Positions 1 through 13,610 are shown, counted from the stretch's first letter. The stretch: DNA of 64,000 nucleotides from Eledone cirrhosa (GCA_964016885.1 OZ024751.1:53320001-53384000); one strand, 5' to 3'. A program made the numbers and translations. The notes: a model not told the origin generated them from the letters alone.

Positions 1-1082
1 CTGAACAAAAAGAAATGGATAGGAAGACTAGGAAGCTATTGACTATCTACAACATGTTCCACAAGAGGAGTGATGTCGATAGACTCTACCTAAGGAGATC
101 TGAGGGTGGAAGAGGTCTTATCAGCATAGAGGACTGTGTTCAGATGGAGAAAAACAACCTACACAAATACGTGACTGATAGTAAGGAGCCAATTCTCAGA
201 ACTGTACTGAACGAGGGGATGTCCAAGGAGGAAATAACATCAAGGAGAAAGAGCAAAATCCCTTCATAGTACCTTCTTTGAGAAAACTGAATTTAGAGAT
301 CCACAGACATGGAACTGGTTGAGAAGAGGAGACCTTAAATAGGCTACAGAAGGAATGTTAATGGCTGCGCAGGAGCAGGCCCTCAAAACGAAGTGGTTGA
401 AACACCATATTTACAAGGAGGAGGCTAGCCCACTGTGCAGGATCTGTGGAGAGAGAGGAGACTGTGGCTCACATTGTATCCGAGTGTAAACACCTAGCCC
501 AGACCCACTATAAGGGCTGGAGACATGATGTGATGGGCAGGGTGATCCACTGGCACCTGTGCAAAGTAAACAATCTACCACATTCTGAGAAATGGTATGA
601 GCATAAGCCAGAGGCGGTGATGGAGAACGATCAGGTGAAGGTGCTGTGTGATTTTAGGATACAGACGGACAAGAAACTGGAACACAATAGACCTGACCTG
701 GTGGTTGTGGACAAAGAAAAAAGATCGTGTCTGATTGTGGATGTGGCCTGCCCATTCGACACGAGAGTGCAAGAGAAGGAGAGGGAGAAAATTAACCGAT
801 ACCAGGACTTAAAGTGGGAGGTAAAAAGGATTTGGAACTGCCATGAAGTCAAAGTGATCCCGATTGTCATAGGCGCACTGGGGACTATCTCAAAAAGTTT
901 CCAGGGATGGTTAAAGAAAATCGGCCCCTTCACGCTTTTTGGAACGCTTCAAAAGGCATGCTTGCTGGGAACAGCAAGAACCCTCCGATACGTCCTGAAT
1001 ATCTGAGGCTGCAGGTAGTGGCTTGATATTCATTCCAACGGACTTTCCGGTTAACTAACATCAATGACTGAGACTCAAGGAG
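1..1082 (+). mobile_element. 3' part of an R4/Dong-like non-LTR retrotransposon with restriction-like endonuclease (decayed), ending in (TAA)n
   Basis: Post-RT motif 'MDRKTRKLL..DVDRLYL.R.EGGRGL', zinc finger 'CRIC..ETVAHIVSEC', 'RHD', and PD-(D/E) endonuclease 'NRPDLVVVD..CLIVDVACP..EKINRY'. The frame is broken by stops and frameshifts. A short 3' UTR is followed by TAA repeats at 1083-1110. Confidence 0.85.
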
Positions 1083-1110
1083 TAATAACAATAATAATAA
1101 TAATAATAAT

Positions 1111-1482
1111 GTTTTCTTTATTAACCACAAGGGTTTACATAAAGTAGACATTAAGGACAGTACAGGACAATACAGGACGGTACAAATGGGCATTTCTGCG
1201 TGTAAAAAAAACAGAGGATGTAATAAAATAACAAAGAAAAATTCCCCAATAGGAGGGAGACTTCCGAGGGACATTTGTGGAGAAAGCCCATTAAAAGACC
1301 ACAGTGACCCTGACCACCAGGGCAAGTGCCCTCTCCCAGTTTTCCATCTTTAATTTACAGACACATACTCAGAGAAGGCCCATTCATTCGGGCCATACTT
1401 GCTTCTCTCACCCATCTTTCAACAAAATGCTGGGAAGAGAGCACTTCCCTCTCTACCCTGATTTTCCTTTTCAAATGAAATT

Positions 1483-1486
<4 letters not shown>
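1111..1486 (-). mobile_element. 5'-truncated Tx1-clade LINE 3' fragment (family X) inside (TAA/TTA)n
   Basis: Minus-strand peptide FKFHLKRKIRVEREVLSSQHFVERWVREASMARMNGPSLSMCL is homologous to the ORF2 C-terminus at 37200-37333. The 3' end is ..TGTGGTTAATAAAGAAAAC and TAA repeats lie on both sides. Confidence 0.85.
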
Positions 1487-1547
<61 letters not shown>

Positions 1548-1708
1548 AACAACAACAACAACAACAACATCAACCATTCATTGTTTTACACGTATGATTC
1601 CCACACCTGTACATAATACCACATCGACCTGTCTTAATCGATAATCCAATCACAACCTATGCAGTAGTTTGGTTGCTTCTCTTTGCGCAGCTGCTGCTGA
1701 TGTTGCTG

Positions 1709-1777
<69 letters not shown>

Positions 1778-2595
1778 AAGTTCTATTGTTGTTGTTACTA
1801 CTAAAGCTGTTGCTACTGTTGCTGGTGGTGCTGCAATGATAGACATACCAAATGCAGTAAACGTGGCTGTGACATTCACAAAAGCATAAATAAAACTCAG
1901 CTATTTTAGGGTCCCAAAAGCACACACATCCCTGTGCATCTCTTGTCATACTATCGCCTTCGTCACTATCGTTGTGACCTTGTCCTACAAAACTTTCTGT
2001 GACCTTGACTTCACGACCTTAACTTTCACGATGTCTCACAGATCTTAACGTTCTGTGCCTTCTTGTTACTCTATCATTGGGAACCTTTTAGTGACATTAC
2101 ATGTTCTTCTAGTAACCTTGATTTAAAATAACAAGGTCACTAGAAAGCTTAAAAGCTTTGGGTGCCTAATCCTTTTAGTCACCTTGACCTCCTAAGCCTT
2201 TTTGCGACCTTGACCATGACATTCTAAGTCTGTCTTTAGGAAATCGTCATCGTCAAGTAATTTGCCCCAGAAACACTTCAGGCCGACCTATATTTAGTTC
2301 CGACTGATAAAGCTCATGACTACTATTTTGATTAAGTCGAAAACAGCTTGCAGAAACACGATGTCCCGGTAATGCATAAATCTATTTAGATATAATTGTG
2401 GCTAAAACTGATTTAAAAACAAAAAAGTTTGTTTACAACCACACCCACACAAACACACATATATATGTTTGTATGTATGTATATATATATAAGCATGCAT
2501 ACGCACACACAAATATATATTTATATATATATATACAGCCCCATGCACACACAAACACCCACACACATACACACACACAAGCACACAGACACCCA

Positions 2596-2634
<39 letters not shown>

Positions 2635-2720
2635 AACATATATATATGCATACATATATATATATGTATATATATATATATATGCATATATATATATATA
2701 TACATTTATATATGTATATA

Positions 2721-2789
<69 letters not shown>

Positions 2790-2793
<4 letters not shown>

Positions 2794-2868
2794 CCCACTC
2801 TACAACACTAAGTATCGAGTACTCTGGTGCGTTATGGTCCACCAGGTTTCTTACCACACTTTCTTTGT
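2790..2868 (+). repeat. ~80-bp interspersed repeat (TTACCCACTCTAC...GAGTACTCTGGTGCGTTATGGTCCACC...) associated with (TA)n
   Basis: Near-identical copies at 15005-15086 (-), 45095-45176 (+) and 46705-46784 (-); partial copy at 23726-23760 (-). Confidence 0.8.
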
Positions 2869-3260
2869 ACAGTGGAGTCTGTGCTGCTGTACGGGTCTGA
2901 GATTTGGACACTGACCAAGAAACTCACTCAGATGGTGGATGGGTGCTACACGAGAATGCTGAGGATGGCTCTGAACATTAATCAGTATACACTGAGGATG
3001 AAAAACTCAGACCTGTATGGGAGCCTCCCAAAAGTCAGCTCAAAAGTGACACAGAGGAGACTGAGATTAGCTGAACATGCTCACCGACATCCAGAGTTGA
3101 TACTGCACTGTGCTCCTGTGGGAGCCCCTGCATGGACACACTGGAAGAGAAAGACCAAGATTAACGTATGTTGATGCCCTAAGGACAGACACTGGTCTAT
3201 TGGAGACGCAGAGACCGCTGGAGAGAACTCGTCCTTGGATCTCGGGAATTTTACCCGCCC
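2869..3260 (+). mobile_element. RTE-clade LINE 3' fragment
   Basis: Peptides '[42 protein letters not shown]' and 'LLWEP.HG...RPRLTYVD' are typical of the RTE C-terminus. The fragment ends TTTTACCCGCCC followed by TA. A second copy is at 45187-45345. Confidence 0.85.
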
Positions 3261-3401
<141 letters not shown>

Positions 3402-3996
3402 GTGTGTGCGTGTGTGTTAATGTGTGAGTATGCTAGAAAGCTAATATGTAGATGGAAATAAAATAGTTTGGAAGGATATATTGTTTCTTGTTGTGTATAT
3501 TGTGTGGAGACAGAGAAACAGAGATGAGAGATGTGATATGTGTAGCTATATATATACAGATATAGTTATACATGATTTCAAACACACATACACATATACA
3601 TACGTACACATGCATATACATACATACACACTTACACAAACACATAGACACACATACACACATACACACATACACACATACTCACACATATTCAAATACA
3701 CACATAGACACACATAGACGCACATAAACACACACACATACATACACATACATACACATACATATACATACATACATATACATACACATACATACTCACA
3801 TAAACACCTAGACACACAAAAAGACACACATATACACACATACACACACACATTAAGCTGTTTTCCCTATCTCCAATAGACTGCAGCTATGATATTTTTA
3901 GGTTTTGCCTTTTTAACTACTTTTAGAAGATCGACTGATTTACATGTGTGTGTGTGTGTGTGTAAATATACACATGCAAGTACATATTTATGTATG

Positions 3997-4074
<78 letters not shown>

Positions 4075-5573
4075 GTAGTGGGATGCAAAAAGGGAAACGA
4101 ATTTAGAAAAAAGCAATCTCATCGTTATAAATCGGATATTATTTCAATAAAAAAATTTACTATTGACTGCAAGTTACATTATGCTTTACATTATATATTT
4201 CATTATATATTTCTTAGATTTTCTCTCAACCAGGACAGTTTTATCGTAACTTAAAATGGAGGATATTGCCAATTGTTTTATGCAGCATTCCAAATAATTT
4301 CTCCCTCGTGCTGTTCTATTTTTCTGAAAATTTTCTCCATTTGATTCTACTTGTGACAATTAATTTCTCCCAAACTTATCAAGGGGTAATTCCATATATG
4401 GTCAAAGAGATAATCACCAGGATTGGTCACATCACAAGTTAGTAGTAAATCTGTGATGGCAAGTTGGTGGGGGAAGGGGTAGCTAAACCTGCCGGTAGGA
4501 GAAAAAGGGAGAGGGGGTGGAGTAGACCCATTCATGCGTTGGTAGTGCCAGCTACAGCTGGGTGTGAGGTCAAAGAGGATACTGGGGAGGGGGAGGGTGA
4601 GGAGGTCGAAACGGTAAGTAGAAAAATGAAAGGTAAAACTATAAAAGGTACTGAGAGAGAAAAAAAAAATAAGCAAAATCTGGTTACTAAGACTTAAGTC
4701 TCTCGCTATTGCTAGGCTAAAGAAATACATAGATAAATGAATAAACAAATAAGTGAATAAAAGAATAGATAAATAAATTTTTAAAAAAAAATATATATAT
4801 TTATATATATAATGTAGAATAAAAAAATAAAGAATAATAATAGAAATAAACTAGGTGGGACGGAAATAAAGGGACCCTTATACGAGGTATAAGTGCGTGT
4901 ATCGTACGGTGACGGGTCAACAAAGGGGGGGGGGGGCAGAATACTAAAGAGACTACCACGAAAATAATAAAGGTTTCTACCCCAAACACAGGGCCAGCAA
5001 CCACCCAGTGCAAGAAAGTAAACTAGTACGAGAATATAATTCAGGGTCCCGCAAAAAAATACTAGTGCTAACTCTAAGGGTACCGCCAAGAAACAAAAAG
5101 TCTTATACAAGCTACATGAAAGATCGTACGAAGTAAAAGTAAAGAACGGAAAATTAATACAGGAACACCCCCCCCCCCCCAAAAAAAAGGGAAAAAGAAA
5201 AAAGAGATACTGGATAAACGAGAAATTAAAGCAAAGATGCCACTAAAAAATATAGAAGGCACGAAAAAAGGGCAGCGGTCGGAGAAGGGGGCGAGTATCC
5301 GAAGTCTAACACCTCTGCTATAAAAAGCGGAGTCAGCCAAATCTATCATAGAATAGGGGAGGGGTGGGGGTGCTGAAGCTACAAGGGACCGATGGGCTAC
5401 CTCGGGTGGGCGAGGAAAGGACGACGACAAAGAAAGGGAACTGGGGTAGAAGGACTAGGGAGGGATGGGGGGAAGGAGGAAATATAGAGGAAGCGATAAA
5501 AGAATGTAAAAGAAGATCTTACGTCTCCATAGGCAAGCAGGGGTTACCCATTACAAAATAGGCAAGTGGGGTG

Positions 5574-6039
5574 TTATAGCCCTAGTCTACCCCCCGGGTC
5601 ATTATGGGGTTTGAGGGCGAGGTAAGTCCTACGTAATCGGTGTTTCCATGCAGTAACCAGTTCATCTTTCTTGTTTAGGAGTTGGTCCGTCGAAAACAAC
5701 ATTTGTAATGTTTCCTCCGAGCATAAATTGCACGGACGGCGTCCTCCCGTGTAAGAGTTGGCTCTGGACAGTAATTTCCAAGTGAGATCATAGTTGATGT
5801 TGTTGTCCTTGAGGTCCCATATGTGGCCCGAAAGTGTAGTGGTGTGACGCCGAGCCGGGTTTCGGAAGGTATGTCTGTGTTGGTATAGCCGGGTCTTGAA
5901 GTCGCATGCGGTTAATCCTATATAAGCTTTGTTGGAGGTGTCCGTGCTCACGTTGCACTGGTAGATCACATTACGGTCTCTGCATCTGTTGTCGAGGGGG
6001 CAACTGGATCTATCAGGACAGTTGCACCTCCTGGTCGGC
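5574..6039 (-). mobile_element. Penelope-like element fragment encoding the GIY-YIG endonuclease with a Cys-rich linker
   Basis: CNCPDRSSCPLDNRC-RDRNVIYQC...AYIGLT...FKTRLYQH...LSGHIW.L...W..L...CNLC.EE...LLN..E. The 5' end is truncated; a probable long 3' UTR extends toward ~4.3 kb with an uncertain boundary. Confidence 0.85.
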
Positions 6040-6081
6040 TATTTAAATACCAGAATATTTAAATACCAGAATAAATTTTCA

Positions 6082-6140
6082 TTCAGTACAGAATTAGCCG
6101 TCGAAACGGCTTGAGCTCAGCCGTCGGGGTCTTACTTGTT

Positions 6141-6142
<2 letters not shown>
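6082..6142 (+). repeat. Short TA-associated repeat ending TTCC(TA)n (GCCGTCGAAACGGC..GAGCTCAGCCGTCGGG family)
   Basis: Related copies at 15092-15147, 46925-46982 and 47068-47087; inverted dimers at 44973-45092 and 46785-46896. Confidence 0.75.
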
Positions 6143-6230
<88 letters not shown>

Positions 6231-6430
6231 TATATACATATATATACATATATACCATTGTGTATTTAGTTATGGCTGCAGTAGTCACTTCGACGTTTCA
6301 TTCCTATAGAAATTTCCAGTAACAAATTGACAAATTGTATTAACTGCAATAACTATAATAACCAGTTGTTATATTTAACCCGAAATCATATCCATCATTT
6401 CTTATTATTTTATACCTCCTCCTGTCATTC

Positions 6431-6509
<79 letters not shown>

Positions 6510-6695
6510 CAGTCTGTCTATCTCGTAGTCTCTCTCTCTCCCTTTCCCTATCTCTCTCTCTATATATATATAGTTTGAGAGAGAGAAAGCGTGAGCGTGA
6601 GAGAGACATACACGATATAAAGAAACACACATATATATGTTTGTATGTATGTATGTATATATATATATACATGCATGCATACGCACACACAAATA

Positions 6696-6838
<143 letters not shown>

Positions 6839-6882
6839 ATACATACGTATGCATGCATACATACATCCATACACACACACTA

Positions 6883-6914
<32 letters not shown>

Positions 6915-7098
6915 ACATCCCAAGTTAATAGCTGTGTCTTCTCGGCAAGTGATCTTTGCTACAATCCATTCACGCTATATGTTGATCTGTTGTCCAAAAA
7001 TACTCTGACTGGGTATGTCATCTAATCAATGCTATAACGACACATACACATACATACATTACATACACACATACATAAACACATACATACATACATAC

Positions 7099-7129
<31 letters not shown>

Positions 7130-7638
7130 TACATACATACATACATACATACATACATACATACATACATACATACATACATACATACATACATACACAT
7201 ATATACATACATATATACATACAAACTACATACATATTTACATTCATTCATACACACACTGGAGCTTGTCTGTCCCCAGTAATTCGTGCGTTTCCGGCAT
7301 TTGTCCAGTAATTGATTCCATCTTATTGACCTGCCAATGGTTACTTGTTAACTGTACTGGCAACACGCCATTTCAGTCGCCAGTTCAGTCTATGTGCAGA
7401 GAAGAAGACATTTTTTTCACTACAGGATTCTATGAAAATTAATTATTTACATACAAAGGGCATTTCACATAACTATTATTCGAAAACACCAGCCCACTTC
7501 ACAACAACAATTATATATATATGTTGTATACGTATGTATATATATATATATTTATACGTATGTGTGTGTGTATGTGTGTATGTGTGTGTATGCATATATA
7601 TATATAGTTAAACTTTGACCCTGTTGAAGTAAAACAAC

Positions 7639-7669
<31 letters not shown>

Positions 7670-9083
7670 GAGAGAGAGAGAAAGGGAGAAAGAGAGGGAG
7701 AGAGAGAGAGAGCGAAGTGACTTCTACATGATTAGGATTATTTCATTCGTATGAAATCAAACGAATGAAACAGTTCTAATCCCGTAGAAATCATTTCTAC
7801 TCAATATTCTACCAAAATATTGAGAACCTTCTTTAACTCTGGTTACCTCCCGATCCCCTTCTGGAATCTGCCTATTATATACATAGGCGGTATATGCGGA
7901 ATGTAGACAAAGCTCGTTATGAGTGTGGCAAAATCAAGTTAATGTTGATTCTGTTCTTAGATTACTGAGAGGTTATGCATCACAAATACACACCAAAAGG
8001 ACAACCAATTGGACCTTTGAATTTACAGGTATAATCCATCAGAGTGGCCTCCATGTATCCTCCGCTCACCCAATTTCACTCACATGCATGAGATCAACCC
8101 GAGGGAAATGACACTGACCTAAGATGTCATGCAGTGGAATCAAACCAAACACTCCAGATTGCAAAGCGAACTTCTTAACCACTCAGTCATGCCAGCGTCC
8201 ACAAAATGTTTTTGTATACAACCTAACAACCAATCTCCGAAAGGAAATAGAAAGATAAATACCTCAAAATCCAAACAAGGAATGGTGAAGACACGCGGCC
8301 TAATGGATGGGGGTATCACAATATCGTGAATTCAATTCCTAGACCGAGTAGCATATTGTGTTCTTGAACAAGTCGCTTCACTTTACATCACTCCAGTCCA
8401 TTCAGCTGGAGGTTAATCTTGAGATGGACTAGTGTCAACTAGAATAAACTCCGATTTGATCCGCCTCTGTGCTTAGGAAAGATTATAATCAGGACATGAA
8501 TAAATGTCTATACCAAATTTCTTTCTCATAACACGATGATATTTCCTTTCGGAAAACACAAGTATTTTTTGCCTAAAAGTTCTCGATTAAAACATATAAG
8601 TAATGTCTTAAATAACTAATTACAATCTCTTTATTACTAAACTTGTATCAACCAGTCCGAATGAAAATCAATTCCTTTCTTGGCATTGCAACAAAAACAA
8701 TGAGATCACATCTTGAGCAGTAGACGTAGTAAAGTTGATCTTTAAAATTTGCTTCTAAATTTAATATTTTTAAAAAGTATATATTCCAAGAAAGCAAAGA
8801 TCAGCACAAACGATATATTCATGTTATTGTAAAGGTTGAGTTCAAAACCCGCCGAGGTTAACTTTGCTTTTCATCCTTACGGGGTCGATAAAATAAAGTA
8901 TCAGTAATGCACTGGGATCGATTTAATCGACTTTCCCCTCCTCTTCAAATTGCTGGCCTTGTGCCTATATTTTAAAGGTTTAGTTCAATAGATTGGCAGA
9001 ATCATTAGAGCGTCGGGCAAAAACACAATTTGTGGTATTTTTTCTGATTATTTACATTCTGAAGTCTCTATCCACTTCGTCTA

Positions 9084-9460
9084 CTTATTTAGAAAACTAG
9101 TATTTATCTTTCTGCAAATGTATGGCTTTTCCCATCAATATCAACAATATTAATATTGTTTATAGTTATCAGCCGTGTGGCGACTATATATCTTATTTAG
9201 AAAACTAGTATTTATCTTTCTGCCAATGTATGGCTTTTCCCATCAATATCAACAATATTAATATTGTTTATAGTTATCAGCCTTGTGGCGACTATATATC
9301 TTATTTAGAAAACTAGTATTTATCTTTCTGCCTGCCAATGTATGACTTTTCCCATCAATATCAACAATATTAATATTGTTTATAGTTATCAGCCTTGTGG
9401 CGACTATATATCTTATTTAGAAAACTAGTATTTATCTTTCTGCCAATGCACGGCTTTCCC
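9084..9460. repeat. Tandem repeat, ~108-112 bp unit, ~3.4 copies
   Basis: CTTATTTAGAAAACTAGTATTTATCTTTCTGC restarts at about 9084, 9192, 9300 and 9412. Confidence 0.9.
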
Positions 9461-9719
9461 CCATGAATATTAATAGTATTAATGGTTTCTAATTTAGGCA
9501 TAAAGTCAACCACCTTGGAGGAAAGGGAAAATCGATTATATAAACTGCAGTAGTACATTATATTATTGATCTAAGAAAATTTAAGGCAAAATTGACCTTG
9601 ACAAGATTTGAACTGAGATCATAATGGACCATAATGTATATTGTACGGGGCTTTCCCGATTCGGCAAATCCATTGCTCTTCATCACCACCACCACCACCT
9701 TCGATAATAATTGTTTCTA

Positions 9720-10128
9720 CATTTGGCACAAGGCCAGCAATTTGAAGTTGGAAAGTAAATTTAATCGACCCCAGTGCGTAACTGTTACTTTATTTTATCG
9801 AGCTCGAATGAATGAAACACAAAGCTAACTTCAGCAGGATTTGAACTCAGAATATAAAGGGGCGTAGCTATATGCCGCAAAATATGTTGTCCGACGCTCT
9901 ATCGTCTAAAAAAAATAATAAGGAGAATGGTTTCTGATGTAGGCACATGGACAGCAAATTTTGAGGGAGGGGGAAGTCGATTAAATCGACCCCAGTGCGT
10001 TACTGGTACTTTATTTTACCAACCCCGTGAGGATAAAAAAGCAAAGCTAATCTCGGCGGGTTTTAAACTCAGAACGTAAAGGGACATAACAATATGCCGC
10101 AAAACATGTTGTCTGACGCTCTACCGTC
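9720..10128 (-). mobile_element. Two adjacent SINE-A copies (tRNA-head SINE)
   Basis: Reverse complement of the SINE-A body (..GAGTTCAAATCC..GTCGATAAAATAAAGTACCAGT..CACTGGGGTCGATTTAATCGAC..GGCCTTGTGCC). Confidence 0.7.
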
Positions 10129-10160
<32 letters not shown>

Positions 10161-10190
10161 TATACAATCCGCTATTATTGGATTGGCAAG

Positions 10191-10378
10191 GGGCGGTGGA
10201 TTGGCAGTATCGGTAGAGAGTCTGACGCCATGCTTTGCAGCAAAGAGTTACGGTCCTTTATGGTCTGAGTTAGAATCCCGCCGAGGTTAACTTTACCTTT
10301 CATCCTTACGGGGTCGATAAAATAAAGTACCAGTAATGCACTGGGATAATTGCTGGCCTTGTGCCAAAAGTAGAAACA
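10191..10378 (+). mobile_element. SINE-A: tRNA-derived SINE with conserved central block (C)TTTCATCCTTACGGGGTCGATAAA, resembling Meta-type SINE cores
   Basis: A-box-like TGGCAGTATCGG and B-box-like GAGTT(C)AAATCC. Other copies lie at about 8835-8970, 13990-14145 (-), 22010-22130 (-), 25414-25633 and 25648-25872. Confidence 0.75.
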
Positions 10379-11111
10379 ATTATTCTATTAATTTGTTACG
10401 TGTTCCAGCCGACAGGCTGAGGTCATGCTGGAGCACCACCATTATTATTAATATTTATATATTACATCTATGTTTCTTCCACTCCCCAGCTTCACTCCCA
10501 CCAACCGGCCGGCTCAACAGAGTTCTAATTTAAACATCACCAACTCCAAATTTGCAGCAATGCAGTCAATTTAATGTTTATAGATGCCTTTAGCCAGCCA
10601 GATGTAATCAAACAGAGTCCTATCCGTCAAGCAGACGAATTAATCGATAGTTTATCGTCCAACATGACACAGGCTACAGACTTAGAACAATTTTGAAAAA
10701 AAAACGTCCTACACTATACTATAGTGTTTACTAGACTTGAGAAAGACGCGGTAGACTTCACTAAAATTACTGCAGCAGGAATTATTAAATTGATATGTGT
10801 GTGTATATATATGTATGTGTGTGTATATATATATGTGTGTATATGTATGTATGTGTGTGTGTGTATAATATATATATATATATATATATATAAAGATAGT
10901 GAGAGAGCGAGGTGAGTGTGTGTTTGTGTGTGTGTATATATATACATACATAAAATATATAGAGAGAGAAAGAGAGAGGTGAGTGTGTCTGTATATATAC
11001 ATTCATATAATATAAATATATATATATATATACAGAGAGAGATAGAGAGAGAGAATGAGTAAGAGACAGAAGGGTAAGTATGTGTGTCTTTGTTTGTATT
11101 TCTTTAATCTT

Positions 11112-11389
11112 CATTTTTCAGTTAATTAAAAAAATGATAGTCATATATCATTAAATGAGTGGCTTCTGTTTGTCTTTTACCTTTCCTTCACCTCTTGCAC
11201 TGGTTTATTTTAAACAACTTTAATTATCTCCCCTTTCATCTAATCCACCCCCACTTCCAACCTCTCTCTCTATATATATATATATATGTTTTTTTTTCTT
11301 TCTGTCTCTCTCACTCACTCTTTTTCTCCCTCCTCTCTCTCTATTGATCTATTTATTTATTCTAATATTTCCAATTTCCTATTGTATAC

Positions 11390-11485
<96 letters not shown>

Positions 11486-11747
11486 AATAGGAAATTGGAA
11501 ATATTAGAATAAATAAATAGATCAATAGAGAGAGAGGAGGGAGAAAAAGAGTGAGTAAGAGAGACAGAAAGAAAAAAAACATATATATAGAGAGAGAGGT
11601 TGGAATTGGGGGTGGATTAGATGAAAGGGGAGATAATTAAAGTGTTTAAAATAAACCAGTGCAAGAGGTGAAGGAAAGGTAAAAGACAAACAGAAGCCAC
11701 TCATTTAATGATATATGACTATCATTTTTTTAATTCACTGAAAAATG
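11112..11747. repeat. Long inverted repeat (~270 bp arms) around a (CA)n(TA)n(TG)n spacer
   Basis: 11112-11386 is the reverse complement of 11483-11747 with few mismatches. Confidence 0.9.
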
Positions 11748-11914
11748 CAATTATATATATATGTATATATCAGTGGCGAAGGGTAACCTGGAAAGCAGGG
11801 CTTGCAGTCCAATCGCCATGGCGGAAAGTGGGGCTGTGCAGCCTTACCCCCTCCCCAATTCCCTCTAAATGACCCTCCCGGCCAAAGACGCATGTAGTGT
11901 TATCTAGTGTGTGT

Positions 11915-11957
<43 letters not shown>

Positions 11958-12202
11958 CTTTTTATGTGTCTACGATTTAGTAAGCAGTCAAAATTCTGCT
12001 TGCCCCAAAGTTGTCGTGTGTTTGTGTGTATGTGTTTGTGTGTATGTGTGTGTTATCTTTTTTGTGTCTATAAGTTTTAGTAAGCAGCCAAAATTCTGCT
12101 TGTTTCAACCGACGCAATTGATCAACTCAATATTCTATAACTCATGCACTGCATGCGTTGCATGCACGGACCCTTCGCCCTGGTATATATATATATACGC
12201 AT

Positions 12203-12340
<138 letters not shown>

Positions 12341-12349
12341 ATATATATA

Positions 12350-12762
12350 TATGGTGGCTGCCAACTCGTTTTCTAGTACGGCCACTACTTTATATCCATG
12401 TAGGAGAACCCCTACTGATGCGATGAACGAGTGTGACTTTTTTGTCCAGCCAGCGACTTGAAAACTCTGGTACAAACACTACACTTGTGACAATTACTGA
12501 CACATAGTGCTGGGCCCATGGTACCCTGTGGTGACAAGTGCAGAGAGATCTCCAGATATAAAGCAATGCCTGTGCCGTGAAGCTTTTATAGTGAGCAAAG
12601 GCACTGCACAAAGCCAGTCCCACTCTCTTAACCAAGACGATATTTACCAAAAAGAAGAACAAGTCAACATCATTGGATACTATCAGGGTTGCAGGTGTTA
12701 TATCAGAGTTTTCCTTCTCCTAGAATTCTGCCTTGACAAAGGCTAAGGGGTCATCTCTCCCG
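12350..12762 (-). mobile_element. 5'-truncated copy of the non-autonomous RTE-derived element at 44331-44938
   Basis: Reverse complement of about 44530-44938; flanked by (TA)n on both sides. Confidence 0.85.
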
Positions 12763-12790
12763 TATATATATGTATATATATATACGCACG

Positions 12791-12835
<45 letters not shown>

Positions 12836-13121
12836 TCACAAACTGGAACAAATTGAATCAATGAATATGAAATATTCTTTGCAGATGTTGTAATGGTGGG
12901 GTAAAGGGGAGGGTGTGCGTTCTAATTTGCCCCCTACCCATCCTCACCACACATACTTCCCCCCGAATTAAATTGTGCGGTAAAATTAAATGAACCGTAT
13001 TACCGCCTTACCATATCAATGTAAATTACCATAACAAACAACGAGGAATCTTATTTGAATACAAACCCAATGATATATATATATTGAAAGGATTTAGGTC
13101 ATTAGTGCTCAGATTCTGTGA

Positions 13122-13610
13122 AGGCGCGTGGCTTTGTGGCAAGGGATGTTCAGTTCACGATCGTAACGTGGTAAGTTCGAGAAACCCAGCATCGCATTGT
13201 GTCCTTGAGCAAGATACCGTATTTGTCTGCGTCGAAGGCGCTACTTTTTTTTTCATAAAGTAAGTCTCAAAATTCTACCATGCGTCCTGGAGGCCGAAGT
13301 TTGTTTATTATTTATTTTCAAATTTTTGGTTGTCAAATTTAGGGTGCGTCCTCGAGGACGAAGCGTCTTCGGCGCCGGGAAATACGGTACATAATTTCAC
13401 GTTACTCCAGTCCACTATAATTTGTTGGACTTGTAATTCAAAAGTCCAGCCTTGTTATACACCTTAACACGCTGAATCTCCCTATTAAAGTATATGTGTT
13501 TGTAGAATGCTCAGTCATTTGCATATTAGTTTCACGGAGAACCTGTTCTGTTGATTGAGTCGAGAGTCAGCTGGAACACACGCCATCGTAAACGACGGAG
13601 TTCAAGTACC
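13122..13610 (+). mobile_element. SINE-B (tRNA head plus GTGTCCTTGAGCAAG core), interrupted by a MITE
   Basis: GGCGCGTGGC..GTGG, GTTCGA, GTGTCCTTGAGCAAG..TTTCACGTTACTCCAGTCCACT. Other copies lie at about 8090-8195 (-), 8285-8420, 25895-26170, 26232-26460, 51590-51895 (-) and 53633-53790. Confidence 0.7.
13217..13387. mobile_element. Tc1/mariner (pogo-like) MITE
   Basis: TIRs CCGTATTT...AAATACGG with TA duplicated at 13215-16 and 13388-89. It splits a SINE-B copy whose sequence resumes after it. Confidence 0.85.
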
